Assembly (NCBI GenBank): GCA_051746405.1
Contig: JBNJFB010000001.1
Coordinates: 1 to 64,000 of the forward strand
DNA length: 64,000 nt
Direction: 5' to 3'
Source of the DNA: Campylobacterota bacterium
Lineage (GTDB): Bacteria; Campylobacterota; Campylobacteria; Campylobacterales; Arcobacteraceae
Part shown: positions 1 through 10,394 of the stretch, piece by piece
How the letters are laid out: every line of letters starts with the position of its first letter
How positions within the stretch are numbered: the first letter of the stretch is position 1
Made by a program: the position numbers and the translations under genes
Notes under the pieces: model-generated
Seen by the model: the letters and a program-made list of their open reading frames with translations, nothing else
Database searches by the model: none
Told to the model about the DNA's origin: nothing

Positions 1-182
1 GCATCACAAGAAGATGCATCAGATTTGATTCTATCTTCATTACCAATTAAAACAACTTTTGCAGTTTTCTCTTCAAGTACTTTTTGTGCAGCTTTTAAAA
101 CTCTTTCGTCTTCAGTCTCAGGTAGAACAATTGTTCGTAGTTGTGACTTTGCTTTCTCTTTTATGCTTTTAATTAAACCCAT
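1..182 (-). CDS. pta: Phosphate acetyltransferase, N-terminal part (runs off window start)
   Basis: Manual translation from ATG at 182: MGLIKSIKEKAKSQLRTIVLPETEDERVLKAAQKVLEEKTAKVVLIG. This is the typical Pta N-terminus (IVLPE..DERVL.AA). AAAGGA RBS upstream; acetate gene context. Confidence 0.85.
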   Translation of the reverse strand, partial: MGLIKSIKEKAKSQLRTIVLPETEDERVLKAAQKVLEEKTAKVVLIGNEDRIKSDASSCD

Positions 183-232
183 TAAGTTATCCTTTCTAGT
201 TTAAACTTGTAGAAGATTATAAATTATAACCA

Positions 233-248
233 TAGCATAAGAATAGCA
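233..248 (-). promoter_or_regulatory. TAGCA-N6-TAGCA direct repeat upstream of pta, 11 bp from a minus-strand TATAAT (216-221)
   Basis: TAGCAtaagaaTAGCA; same motif at 5045-5060 and 10295-10310. Confidence 0.6.
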
Positions 249-400
249 TTAGTTTATAATCTTAATAAAAATATATTGTATACTATATATTTCAAAAAGT
301 ACATAATATATACAGTATATGTCAAAATAGTCTATATAGAGTGATATGTTAATAAAATATTGAAAATGCGGTGCTTTTATATATGTAGAAGTTATATAAA

Positions 401-417
401 TGTACAAAAGTTGTACA
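401..417. promoter_or_regulatory. 17-bp palindrome TGTACAA-N3-TTGTACA, candidate operator
   Basis: tgtacaaaagttgtaca; second copy at 15541-15557. Confidence 0.45.
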
Positions 418-453
418 TATTGAATAAATTCTTTGCGTTGTTTATATAAGTTA

Positions 454-1071
454 CTATATTTTAACTTTTGGCTGATTTTTTAATTTTATAAACATCAAAG
501 ATGTCATTAAAGCATCATTATATGAATCATGTTTTCCCATGAATGGAATCTTTAAATCCTCCATAATTGTATCAAATCTTAAATCTATATGACTTTGAGG
601 GATTTTTTCTATTTTATAGTCATGATAAATTGCAGAAACTTCATAGGTCTTATTTGGAAGTTTTATACCAAGCTTTGGTTTTAAGTATTTATTTATCATA
701 GCAATATCAAACTCTAAGTAGTAACCAACAAGAGGTCTGTTACCAATAAAATATAAAAAATCTTCAATGACTTCATCAATATTGTTAGCATTTTCTAGAT
801 CCATTTGTCTAATTAAATGAACTTTTATTGAGTCCTCTTGTAGTTTTGCTGAAGATTTAACTAGTTTTATAAACTTTTTACTTGAAACTATAGTATTATC
901 TTTGATTAAAACTGCACCAATTGAAATAATATCATCCTCTTTAGGGTTTAAACCAGTAGTTTCACAATCAAAACAGACAAACTCATTTTTTGGTGGTTTA
1001 TCAAATAAAAAAAGATAGTTTTCATCTTTTAGGTTTCTTTTATTTAATATATTTTTTATTTTATTAAACAT
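454..1071 (-). CDS. DEDDh 3'-5' exonuclease (DnaQ/Pol III epsilon-like), copy 1
   Basis: ExoI FDCETTG, ExoII GYYLEFD, ExoIII HDSYNDA. Confidence 0.9.
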   Translation of the reverse strand: MFNKIKNILNKRNLKDENYLFLFDKPPKNEFVCFDCETTGLNPKEDDIISIGAVLIKDNTIVSSKKFIKLVKSSAKLQEDSIKVHLIRQMDLENANNIDEVIEDFLYFIGNRPLVGYYLEFDIAMINKYLKPKLGIKLPNKTYEVSAIYHDYKIEKIPQSHIDLRFDTIMEDLKIPFMGKHDSYNDALMTSLMFIKLKNQPKVKI

Positions 1072-2905
1072 AGCTCAACTTAAAGTGGTATTCTAACTTT
1101 TTCTTTAGTTTATTAACAATTTTAAAAGAGTCTTTTAATAAATCTTTTTGCATTGTATTTAAATCATCTGGATTAATATAGTTATCAATTTTTGCTTTTT
1201 TATCAAGTTTTTCTAAATTTGATTTTAGTTTTAGATTTGATAAAAAATTAAATGCCATAATAATCTCTTGTGCAAATTCATCATCTAGTACACCCAACTG
1301 TTTTAAAGCTTTTATTCTTTTAATTGTATTTGTATTAAAAAGTTTCTTCTCTAAACTTAATGACCTAATACTTTGAACTAAAATAAATATACCACCTCTT
1401 TTAATATCTAATTCGTTTTTATGCTCTTTTTTATCATTGTCAAATACAAATCCATCAAAAAATCCAAGTGGTACATCAAAGTTTGATATTACTTTTGCAA
1501 AGTTTGCAATAAATGTTTGAGAGTCACCTGTAACTTTAAATAGATAATCTTTTAAATCAAGTATTATCTTCCTTTCACCTGCAGCACAAAGAGAGTCATA
1601 AAATATTGCAATATTCATCATAGAATCAGGTGTAGGTTTATCAACCCATGAGTAGATTAAATCCTTAAAATCACTCTCTTTTCTACACCAATAAGGGTTT
1701 GATAACATTATATTACCTTCACATCTTGGAAAACCAAACTCAACTAATACTTCAGTAAATCTATTTGTAAACTCTTGTAGCTTCTCTTGGCTAATATCAC
1801 AATCATCTTTTAAAATCAAAGCATTATCTTGATCTGTTTTTAAAATCTGTTCACACCGTCCCTCACTACCCATAACTACAAGGCAGGCTTTACCTTTTAT
1901 CTCATTAGGAGCTATTATATTAAATAGTTTATTTATTAGTTTTTTATTTAATTGATTTATTAGTTTAGAAATAAACTCAATTTTTACACCTTTTGCACTT
2001 AGTGATTTTACTATTTTTAAAAGTGATATTGAAGCATCTTTTAACTCTTCAATGGTTTCAGCTTTTATTATTGAGTTTGATACAGAAAACGTATTTGTAG
2101 CAAAAAAAGATGATAGGGATATTTGATCTAAGATTCCTACTATCTTAGCTTCTGAATTTTTTACAACAACTCTTTTAAGACCATGTTTAGCCATCATAAG
2201 TTGGGCATTAAATAAAAAGTCATCTTCATTTACATAAACTAACCCTTTTGATGCTATATTTATAATCTCTTCATCAAAGCTCATTCTATTTAAAATAACT
2301 TTTTCCCTAAAGTCTGAATCTGTAACTATATACATTTCGTTATCACTATCTTCTAAAAGTAAAGTGGGTACTTTCTCTTTTTTTATAATATTTGCAGCTT
2401 CAAAAATTGTCTTTTTTGTATCAATAACAATAGCTCTGTGAATGTTTGCATCTTTAACTTTTGCAACCATTATATTTGCAATATCTTTATTCTTTTCAAA
2501 AGAGTTATGATTGTCTAGTTTTTGAGAAATTGATTGGAAAAAGTATCTTTCTAGTTCTTTATTTTCATGTAATGTCTTAATAAATATATCTCTTGGTAGT
2601 CTATAACAAATAGCCTCTTCAGCTGTTATAAATGTATTTTTTGAGTAGTTTTCGATTAAAGAAATTGGATCAAAAATCTCATTCTTTGAATATATTGATA
2701 AAACATCATCTTCATTTTTTTCTTGAACTATACCTTTTAATACAAAATAGATAAATTCAGGCTCTGAAGCACTTTTTTGAATTACTTGCTCTTTTTTAAA
2801 GTAAACAATATCAATATTTTCTGAAAATTTATCAAGTTGACTTTTATTTAGGTGTTCAAAAGGGTGAATTGCACTTATAAACGATTTTTGTTCTAAAATA
2901 CTCAT
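1064..2905 (-). CDS. cNMP-binding/CBS/DUF294 putative nucleotidyltransferase, copy 1
   Basis: N-terminal cNMP-like domain (HPF...), CBS pair, GSEGRCEQ..TDQDNAL NTase motif, GFPRCEGNIM, DIKRGG C-terminal DUF294_C. Confidence 0.88.
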   Translation of the reverse strand: MSILEQKSFISAIHPFEHLNKSQLDKFSENIDIVYFKKEQVIQKSASEPEFIYFVLKGIVQEKNEDDVLSIYSKNEIFDPISLIENYSKNTFITAEEAICYRLPRDIFIKTLHENKELERYFFQSISQKLDNHNSFEKNKDIANIMVAKVKDANIHRAIVIDTKKTIFEAANIIKKEKVPTLLLEDSDNEMYIVTDSDFREKVILNRMSFDEEIINIASKGLVYVNEDDFLFNAQLMMAKHGLKRVVVKNSEAKIVGILDQISLSSFFATNTFSVSNSIIKAETIEELKDASISLLKIVKSLSAKGVKIEFISKLINQLNKKLINKLFNIIAPNEIKGKACLVVMGSEGRCEQILKTDQDNALILKDDCDISQEKLQEFTNRFTEVLVEFGFPRCEGNIMLSNPYWCRKESDFKDLIYSWVDKPTPDSMMNIAIFYDSLCAAGERKIILDLKDYLFKVTGDSQTFIANFAKVISNFDVPLGFFDGFVFDNDKKEHKNELDIKRGGIFILVQSIRSLSLEKKLFNTNTIKRIKALKQLGVLDDEFAQEIIMAFNFLSNLKLKSNLEKLDKKAKIDNYINPDDLNTMQKDLLKDSFKIVNKLKKKLEYHFKLSYV

Positions 2906-2974
2906 GGCACTTCCTAGATTAAGTTATATAGATTATATCTAATAAATATAAGATAATAATTATTCTTTATGTTT

Positions 2975-3002
2975 AAAACTAAGGAAATTTTTCCTTAGTT
3001 TT
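2975..3002 (-). terminator. Intrinsic terminator after actP
   Basis: aaaactaaggaa-attt-ttccttagtttt perfect inverted repeat directly after the actP stop. Confidence 0.7.
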
Positions 3003-3010
3003 TAGTATTT

Positions 3011-4660
3011 CTAGTGATCAACTGCTCCAGCTGCACCAATACCTGTATTTGCTCTAATATTTTGAGCTCTAAATAACTCTTTTTCTGCTTTTCCTTTTTC
3101 ACTACTATCAGTCTTAGAGAAGAACCAAATAGCAACAAATGCAATTGTTACTGAGAATAGTGCAGGGTGTTTATAAGGGAATAAAGCCTCTTCATTTCCT
3201 AAAATTTCCACCCATACAATTGGTCCAACAACTACAAGAGTAACTGCTGAGATAAGACCACATAGTCCACCAAAGAATGCACCTCTTGTTGTTAACTGAG
3301 ACCAGTAAATAGATAGGAATAAAATTGGGAAGTTAGCTGATGCTGCAATACCAAATGCTAACCCAACCATATAAGCAATATTTTGTTGCTCAAATGCAAT
3401 ACCTAAAGTAACACCAACAATACCTACAATAACAACTGTAAATCTTGATACTTTAACAACTTTCTCATCTGTAGCTTTAGTGTTAATTACATTAGCATAA
3501 AGGTCATGCGAAATCGCTCCCGCTGCTGAAAGTGTAAGTCCAGAAACAACTGCTAAAATTGTAGCAAATGCAACTGCTGAAATAAATCCTAAGAATGCAT
3601 TTCCACCTAACATATGTGATAAGTGAATTGAAGCCATATTATTTCCACCAAATAGCCCACCATCTGTGAAGTACTGTGCACCCTCATTAGAGTTTAAGAA
3701 TGCAATAGCACCAAAACCAACAATAGTAATAATAATCCAGAAGTAACCAATAAAACCAGTTGCATAAACAACAGATTTTCTAGCCTCTTTTGCATTTCCA
3801 ACTGTAAAGAATCTCATAAGTACGTGCGGAAGACCAGCAGTACCAAGCATTAAAGCCATACCTAAAGAAATAGCTGAAATTGGATCTGAAATAAATCCAC
3901 CAGGAGCTAAAATAGACTCACCAGCACTGTGGTTTTCAACTGCTTTAACAGCTAAAGATTCAAAACTAAAGTCAAAGTGATATAAAACCATAATTGCCAT
4001 AAATGAAACACCAGTTAAAAGTAAACATGCCTTAATAATCTGAACCCATGTAGTTGCAAGCATACCACCAAATGTTACGTAAATAATCATCATAACACCA
4101 ACTAAGATTACAGCATACTCATACTCCATACCAAATAAAACTTGAATTAATTTACCTGCACCAACCATTTGTGCAATAAGGTATAAAACAACAACTGAGA
4201 TAGTACCAAATGCAGCTAATGTTCTAATTTGCTTTTGACCTAATCTATATGCAGCAATATCAGTAAATGTAAACTTACCTAAGTTTCTTAATTTTTCAGC
4301 CATAAAGAAAAGAATAATAGGCCAACCAACTAAGAATGAAACCGCATAGATAACTCCATCATAACCTTTCATATAAATAAGACCTGATACACCTAAGAAT
4401 GCAGCTGCTGACATATAGTCACCCGCAATTGCTAAACCATTTTGGAAACCTGTAATTCCTCCACCTGCTGTATAGAAGTCACTTGCAGATTTTGTCTTTT
4501 TTGCTGCCCAGTATGTTAAACCTAATGTTCCTATGATAAATATGAAGAACATAATAATAGCTGGGATATTTAAATCTCTTTTTGTAGCCTCAAAACTAGC
4601 ATCACCCGCAGCGAATGCTGTTATAGCAAATGTTAATGATAGTAATAAAATTTTCAACAT
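3011..4660 (-). CDS. actP: Cation/acetate symporter ActP (SSS family)
   Basis: [49 protein letters not shown]; paired with a DUF485 gene. Confidence 0.92.
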   Translation of the reverse strand: MLKILLLSLTFAITAFAAGDASFEATKRDLNIPAIIMFFIFIIGTLGLTYWAAKKTKSASDFYTAGGGITGFQNGLAIAGDYMSAAAFLGVSGLIYMKGYDGVIYAVSFLVGWPIILFFMAEKLRNLGKFTFTDIAAYRLGQKQIRTLAAFGTISVVVLYLIAQMVGAGKLIQVLFGMEYEYAVILVGVMMIIYVTFGGMLATTWVQIIKACLLLTGVSFMAIMVLYHFDFSFESLAVKAVENHSAGESILAPGGFISDPISAISLGMALMLGTAGLPHVLMRFFTVGNAKEARKSVVYATGFIGYFWIIITIVGFGAIAFLNSNEGAQYFTDGGLFGGNNMASIHLSHMLGGNAFLGFISAVAFATILAVVSGLTLSAAGAISHDLYANVINTKATDEKVVKVSRFTVVIVGIVGVTLGIAFEQQNIAYMVGLAFGIAASANFPILFLSIYWSQLTTRGAFFGGLCGLISAVTLVVVGPIVWVEILGNEEALFPYKHPALFSVTIAFVAIWFFSKTDSSEKGKAEKELFRAQNIRANTGIGAAGAVDH

Positions 4661-4974
4661 TACATTAAATCCTTTACATCTTCTTTTATTTCATTTGTAA
4701 TATCGTCATATTCACCGTTAGCTTTTCTAACGTAAATAACAGTTGTAATAAAGCTTATAACTAATATAGCCAATGCAATTGGAAATGCAACTGTTAAAAT
4801 TCCATCACCAAATTTTGTAGCTAAAATCTCTTTGTTAAATGCAATAGTTAAAATATATGCATAAAACATAACAAGTACAAATATACCAAGTTTTACACCA
4901 AACTTATTTCTTTTTGAAACCAGCTCAGCATATCTAGGATTACTTTCAATCCTATCTACTAACTCTTTTTTCAT
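4660..4974 (-). CDS. DUF485 (YjcH-like) small membrane protein, ActP partner
   Basis: [15 protein letters not shown], two TM segments, [10 protein letters not shown]; overlaps the actP start. Confidence 0.85.
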   Translation of the reverse strand: MKKELVDRIESNPRYAELVSKRNKFGVKLGIFVLVMFYAYILTIAFNKEILATKFGDGILTVAFPIALAILVISFITTVIYVRKANGEYDDITNEIKEDVKDLM

Positions 4975-5044
4975 TATGCTTCCTCTCCTTTGTACACAAC
5001 TTAATATTGTATAACATAATTATTTTTAATTTGCTAGATTTTTA

Positions 5045-5060
5045 TAGCAAAAAAATAGCA
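5045..5060 (-). promoter_or_regulatory. TAGCA-N6-TAGCA direct repeat upstream of DUF485-actP
   Basis: TAGCAaaaaaaTAGCA. Confidence 0.55.
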
Positions 5061-5507
5061 AATTATAAATTAAAATAATTATACATTTAAAACTTATGAA
5101 ATATATTCAAATATTAAATAAAATGTGTAAAAAGTATGTCGTGAATGTAATTTAGTAACAAAAAGGGTGACTTTATATTTTTAAATTAATTATAATTTTT
5201 AAGAAATAATTAAGATATAGCTATAGCTTAATTTAATAATAAGTTATTCTAATTATTTAAAACCTATTAAGCTGTAATTTTGACAATTAAAATCAACTGC
5301 GGATAAGATATTTTGATTATTTTTTTTAATACAAATTAGAGATATTACAGCTCTTAATAGCATTTATATAGCTTTTTATAAGAGTTTTCTAAATAAGATA
5401 TTTCAAAAATAAAAGTGAGATAGAATAATAGATAAAAAGCTTATTTTAGGAGTTACATCTTAGCATAAATAGCTAAAATGTATATTAGTACAGAGGTAAA
5501 TTATTAT

Positions 5508-6143
5508 TTAGTTTGTATAAAAAGTGGTTTTTGCAGGGGTTAAATCTTTTAGTTTTAAAAATATCATAGAGGTCATAATAGCATCATTGAGTGCATCATG
5601 TTTACCTAATGTTGGTATATTAAGATTTTTCATAATTGTATCAAACTTTAGATCAATAAACTCATATTCACTAGTTTTTTTTCTAGTTCTGAAATACATT
5701 GATGATACTTCAATAGTCTCATTTGGTATCTTTATACCTATGAACTTTTTAGTATATTTTGAAAGTATAGCAATATCAAACTTGATGTAGTAACCAACAA
5801 TAGGTCTATTACCTATAAACTCTAATAAATCATAAATTGCATCTTTAGGGTTAAGGCCATTTTTTAAATCAATAGGTCTTATTTGATGAATTTTTATTGA
5901 TTCTGAATTTATTGGTCTTGAGGGTTTCACAAAGATATTAAGATTTTTTCGCATGATAATCTTATTTTTTTTAATAACAACAGCACCAATTGATAAAATC
6001 TCATCTTTTCTTGGATTTAAGCCAGTTGTTTCACAGTCTAAGCATACATATTCATCATAAGTAGGCTCATCAAATAAAAACTCATAGTTACTGTCTTTAA
6101 GTGCTCTTCTTTGAAGTTTTTTTATAATTTTTTTTAAAAACAT
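5508..6143 (-). CDS. DEDDh 3'-5' exonuclease, copy 2
   Basis: LDCETTG, GYYIKFD, HDALNDA; paralog of 454-1071. Confidence 0.9.
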   Translation of the reverse strand: MFLKKIIKKLQRRALKDSNYEFLFDEPTYDEYVCLDCETTGLNPRKDEILSIGAVVIKKNKIIMRKNLNIFVKPSRPINSESIKIHQIRPIDLKNGLNPKDAIYDLLEFIGNRPIVGYYIKFDIAILSKYTKKFIGIKIPNETIEVSSMYFRTRKKTSEYEFIDLKFDTIMKNLNIPTLGKHDALNDAIMTSMIFLKLKDLTPAKTTFYTN

Positions 6144-7966
6144 TATGAAATCTTATCTATTTTAAATGAAAAATTAATAAACTTTTTAAAATCAATAATG
6201 ATTTTAAAAGAGTCCTTTAACAAGTCTCTTTCAATCTTACCTAGTGCATGAGTATCTATATCATTAGTAACTTCTTTGTTTTCTTGAAGAGACATCAATT
6301 GAAAATTTAGTCTTAAAGTATTTACCACATCAAAAGCTTCTAAAAGCTCTCCTGCTTGGTCTTTATCTAAAACTTTTCTATCTTCTAAGATTTTTATTCT
6401 TCTTGCAGTGGTAGTTTCTCTAATCTTTTCTCTTAAAGCTAAACTTCTAACACCTTGAACTACTGGAAAAACAGCTGTTTTTTTAATATCTATCTTATGG
6501 GTTTTTGTCATAAAGTTTGCAACTGTATTTGGAGTATCAAAGGTTAGGGTAGCTTTTGCAAAATATGCCAAGAATACATCTTTATCATGAAGCTTATTAA
6601 ATAAATCGTCTTTTAAATTGATTAGTAGTTCTTTGTCCCCTGCAACTGCAAATGAATCAAAGAATATTGCTAAATCCATATAGTTTTGCATATCAGGTGA
6701 TTCAATCCATTTTGCAGTTTCATTTTTATAATCACTTACAGTTTTACACCAAAATGGATTGGAAACCATAATATTTCCTTCACATGGCGGATAACCAAAG
6801 TCAATTAGTGTGTCAATAATCTTTTCCATATAAGGTCTGTATTGCTCAACATCAACACTATCTTTTACTACAAGGGCATTATCTTGGTCAGTTTTAATTA
6901 TCTGCTCATTTCTTCCCTCACTACCCATTACAATAAAGCAAGCATCCATTTGTAACTCTTGGGGAACAACTAGTCTGTAAAGCTTTTTATAGACTTTAGT
7001 ATTTAATTGTCCTATTAAGTTTGAAATATGGTTTACTTTTACACCCTTTGCATGTAGTGATTTTATAATATGTAGTAAATCTTTACTTGCTGTTTTTAAC
7101 TCTTCAATATTTTTAGCTTTTCTTATTTGAGTATCAACTACATAAGTATTATTTGCAAAGTGAGATAAGATATCAACTTGCTCTATTATTCCTAATATTT
7201 CTCCTTTACTATTTGTAACACCAACTCTTTTAATACTTTTCTTTATTAAAATTGACAGGGCATCAAATAAATAATCATCTTCAAAAACAGTTATTAAAGG
7301 AAATATTGCTATATCACCTACTTTTATATCTAAACTTCTACCCTCAAGTAGCACTTTTACTTTTAATAGTGAATCTGTAATAATTCCTACTTCTTTTGAG
7401 TCTTTTTTTTGAACAATAATTGTAGATGTTTTATAGTCTGTTGATTTCTCTATTGCATCTAATAGTTTTGTATCTTCATCTACTATGCATGCTTCATGAA
7501 TTAGTGCATCACTAACTTTTGATATCATAAAACCAGAAAGTTTTGAAGTGTACTCCCTATCTTTTAGAGTCTTTATTTTATGAACTAATTTATCTAAGAA
7601 GAAGTTTTTAAACCCTTCATTTGTTTCGATAAGTTTTAAGAAAGTATTTTTTTCAAGCTCATAACAGATTAAATCTTCATGAACTAAAAAACTATTTTTT
7701 GTTTTTCCATATATCAAGGAGTTAGCATCAAATGAGTCTTCTTGATGAAAATCCATTACAACTTCTTTTTGTTCATTTAGTTCAAAAACAGTTCCTTTAA
7801 TAATTATAAAAAAATGGTCATGGATTTTATCAGGACTAATTAAAACAGAGTCTTTAGGATAATAAGCTATATCCATATGATTAATACATAAGTTCATTTG
7901 TTCTTCATCTAACATCTCAAAAGGGTGTATATTTGAAAGAAAAGCTTCTTGATCTTGGAGACTCAT
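6143..7966 (-). CDS. cNMP-binding/CBS/DUF294 putative nucleotidyltransferase, copy 2
   Basis: GSEGRNEQIIKTDQDNAL, GYPPCEGNIMVSNP; same architecture as 1064-2905. Confidence 0.88.
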   Translation of the reverse strand: MSLQDQEAFLSNIHPFEMLDEEQMNLCINHMDIAYYPKDSVLISPDKIHDHFFIIIKGTVFELNEQKEVVMDFHQEDSFDANSLIYGKTKNSFLVHEDLICYELEKNTFLKLIETNEGFKNFFLDKLVHKIKTLKDREYTSKLSGFMISKVSDALIHEACIVDEDTKLLDAIEKSTDYKTSTIIVQKKDSKEVGIITDSLLKVKVLLEGRSLDIKVGDIAIFPLITVFEDDYLFDALSILIKKSIKRVGVTNSKGEILGIIEQVDILSHFANNTYVVDTQIRKAKNIEELKTASKDLLHIIKSLHAKGVKVNHISNLIGQLNTKVYKKLYRLVVPQELQMDACFIVMGSEGRNEQIIKTDQDNALVVKDSVDVEQYRPYMEKIIDTLIDFGYPPCEGNIMVSNPFWCKTVSDYKNETAKWIESPDMQNYMDLAIFFDSFAVAGDKELLINLKDDLFNKLHDKDVFLAYFAKATLTFDTPNTVANFMTKTHKIDIKKTAVFPVVQGVRSLALREKIRETTTARRIKILEDRKVLDKDQAGELLEAFDVVNTLRLNFQLMSLQENKEVTNDIDTHALGKIERDLLKDSFKIIIDFKKFINFSFKIDKIS

Positions 7967-8028
7967 TTTATTATCCTTGTTAGTATTTTTTTATATCTGT
8001 AGAGAATAAAGACATAAAGAAATACTAA

Positions 8029-8055
8029 AAAGTATACCCAAAGAGGGTATACTTT
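8029..8055 (-). terminator. Intrinsic terminator after the second SSS transporter
   Basis: aaagtataccc-aaaga-gggtatacttt inverted repeat. Confidence 0.7.
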
Positions 8056-8065
8056 AGTTTTAGTA

Positions 8066-9952
8066 TTAATGATCGTGCGCTGCACCAACATTATTTGGAA
8101 GTCTAATACCTTCAACAAGATCTTGAATCTCTTGAGGTGGTTCTGGTGTCATTCTAGATACAATAACTGCCACGATTAAGTGAAGTAATGTACCAACTGT
8201 ACCAATACCTGTTGGATGAATTCCTAAGAAGTAATTTTCTGGATCTCCACCTAAGAATACAAAGTAAATAATATATCCAAATGTAAAGATTAAACCAGTT
8301 AAGATACCTGCAATAGCACCTTCTCTGTTCATTCTCTTATCAAAAATACCAAGTATAATTGCTGGGAAGAATGATGCTGCTGCTAAACCAAACGAGAATG
8401 CAACAACTTGTGCAACAAATCCTGGAGGGTTGATACCTAAGTAACCTGCTATACAAATAGCAACGATTGCTGAGATTCTTGCCCACATTAATTCTGTTTT
8501 TTCAGTTAATTTAGATTTTCCAGTTTCTGGATCTCTAAAGATAACTTGTCCCATTAAGTCATGTGAAATAGCAGATGCAATTACAAGTAATAAACCTGCT
8601 GCTGTTGATAGTGCTGCTGCAAGACCACCAGCTGCGATAAATGCAATTACCCAGTTAGGTAAGTTTGCAATCTCTGGGTTTGCTAGTACCATGATATCTC
8701 TATCAACATATAACTCATTCGCAATTCCATTAGTTTTTGCTAACTCTTCTTGTGTAGCTGGACCTTTTCCATTAGTAGTTAATCTATGTCCATCTGCAGC
8801 TCTTTTTTCACCGTCAAATTGAGGTTTACCATCAAATGCAGCACCTTTAGCATACTGGATTTTACCATCGTTATTTCTATCATTCCAAGCTAATAATCCA
8901 CCATTTTCCCATGTTCTAAACCAGTCACCATCATTTGGTGTACCATCTGGGTGTGTTAACTCACCTGCTACAAACGCTTCATAGTTAGTGTTTTGTAGGT
9001 TTTTGATTAAGTTTACTCTTGAGAAAGAAGAAACCGCTGAAATAGTTGTATACATTAATGCAATAAATATTAAAGCCCAACCAGCTGAAATTCTAGCATC
9101 TTGTACAGTTGGAACTGTAAAGAATCTAACAATAACGTGTGGAAGACCTGCTGTACCTAGCATTAAAGCAGTTGTCAACATAAACATATTCCATAAGTTA
9201 CCTGGTTGTGTATATGCAGTAAACCCTAAATCAACAATAGCAGTATCTAGTGCATGTAATAGATAGGTGCCCTCTGGAATAACTTGTACACCTGTATCAA
9301 ATGCAAATGTAGTTTGTCCAAAAATACCTAGTTGAGGTAAAAATGTTCCAGTAACTTGTATTGATAAGAAAATTGCTGGAATTAAGAAAGCAAGAATCAT
9401 AACACAATACTGTGCAACTTGTGTATATGTAATACCCTTCATACCACCAAGAACTGAGTAGAAGAATACAATTGCCATACCAATAAGTACCCCTGTATTT
9501 ACATCAACTTGTAAAAATCTAGAGAATACAATACCAACACCTCTCATTTGACCAGCTACGTACGTAAATGAAACAAAGATAACTGCAATTACTGCAACTG
9601 TTCTTGCTACATTTGAGTAGTATCTATCACCAACGAAATCAGGTACTGTAAATTTACCAAATTTTCTTAAATAAGGTGCTAATAACATTGCAAGTAGAAC
9701 GTATCCACCTGTCCAACCCATTAAATAAGCACCACCATCTGAACCTTTAAATGCAATGATACCTGCTAATGAGATAAATGATGCAGCTGACATCCAATCA
9801 GCAGCAGTTGCCATACCATTTGCTACTGGGTGAACACCCCCACCTGCAACATAAAAGTCTTTAGTTGAACCTGCTTTTGCCCAAAGTGCAATACCAATAT
9901 AAATTGCGAATGAAATACCTACGAATAGGTAAATTAATGATTGTAATTCCAT
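8066..9952 (-). CDS. Sodium:solute symporter, VC_2705-like subfamily (probable acetate/monocarboxylate permease)
   Basis: [55 protein letters not shown]; paired with a DUF4212 gene. Confidence 0.88.
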   Translation of the reverse strand: MELQSLIYLFVGISFAIYIGIALWAKAGSTKDFYVAGGGVHPVANGMATAADWMSAASFISLAGIIAFKGSDGGAYLMGWTGGYVLLAMLLAPYLRKFGKFTVPDFVGDRYYSNVARTVAVIAVIFVSFTYVAGQMRGVGIVFSRFLQVDVNTGVLIGMAIVFFYSVLGGMKGITYTQVAQYCVMILAFLIPAIFLSIQVTGTFLPQLGIFGQTTFAFDTGVQVIPEGTYLLHALDTAIVDLGFTAYTQPGNLWNMFMLTTALMLGTAGLPHVIVRFFTVPTVQDARISAGWALIFIALMYTTISAVSSFSRVNLIKNLQNTNYEAFVAGELTHPDGTPNDGDWFRTWENGGLLAWNDRNNDGKIQYAKGAAFDGKPQFDGEKRAADGHRLTTNGKGPATQEELAKTNGIANELYVDRDIMVLANPEIANLPNWVIAFIAAGGLAAALSTAAGLLLVIASAISHDLMGQVIFRDPETGKSKLTEKTELMWARISAIVAICIAGYLGINPPGFVAQVVAFSFGLAAASFFPAIILGIFDKRMNREGAIAGILTGLIFTFGYIIYFVFLGGDPENYFLGIHPTGIGTVGTLLHLIVAVIVSRMTPEPPQEIQDLVEGIRLPNNVGAAHDH

Positions 9953-9964
9953 CTTATTCCTCTC

Positions 9965-10219
9965 CTACTCGTGTACGCCGTATTTTTCATCGATGTTGTT
10001 CATAGCTTTAACATAAATAAAAATTAAAGCAACAAAAACATAAATTGCACCTTGCTGTGCAAACCAGTAACCTAATTTAACACCACTTATTTCAATAGCG
10101 TTAAGTTCATTAATGAATATAATTCCACAACCGAAAGAAACCACAAACCAAACTATCAAAAGCTTAATGATAGTTGTAATGTTTTCTTTCCAGTACGCTT
10201 GTGCTTTTTCTGGACTCAT
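9965..10219 (-). CDS. DUF4212 small membrane protein (SSS small subunit)
   Basis: AYWKEN...LGYWFAQQGAIYVF...DEKYGV signature. Confidence 0.85.
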   Translation of the reverse strand: MSPEKAQAYWKENITTIIKLLIVWFVVSFGCGIIFINELNAIEISGVKLGYWFAQQGAIYVFVALIFIYVKAMNNIDEKYGVHE

Positions 10220-10294
10220 TTTTGCTCTCCTTATTAATTTTTATTAAACCACAAGAGTTTAATAATCTAACCTTGAAAGTATAGTAAGTGTAGG

Positions 10295-10310
10295 TAGCAA
10301 AAAGATAGCA
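10295..10310 (-). promoter_or_regulatory. TAGCA-N6-TAGCA direct repeat, 11 bp from a minus-strand TATACT (10278-10283)
   Basis: TAGCAaaaagaTAGCA; spacing to the -10 matches that at pta. Confidence 0.6.
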
Positions 10311-10394
10311 ATTTAAAGGAAATTTTTAAAAGTTTTTTTAAAAGTAGTATTAGCGTAGCAAAATAGCTCTAAAAGAGCCATTCTATAGTATTTC

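Noticed and set aside
454..6143. Calling the two exonucleases dnaQ
   Set aside because: They are short paralogs coupled to DUF294 genes and lack a C-terminal extension for Pol III alpha binding.
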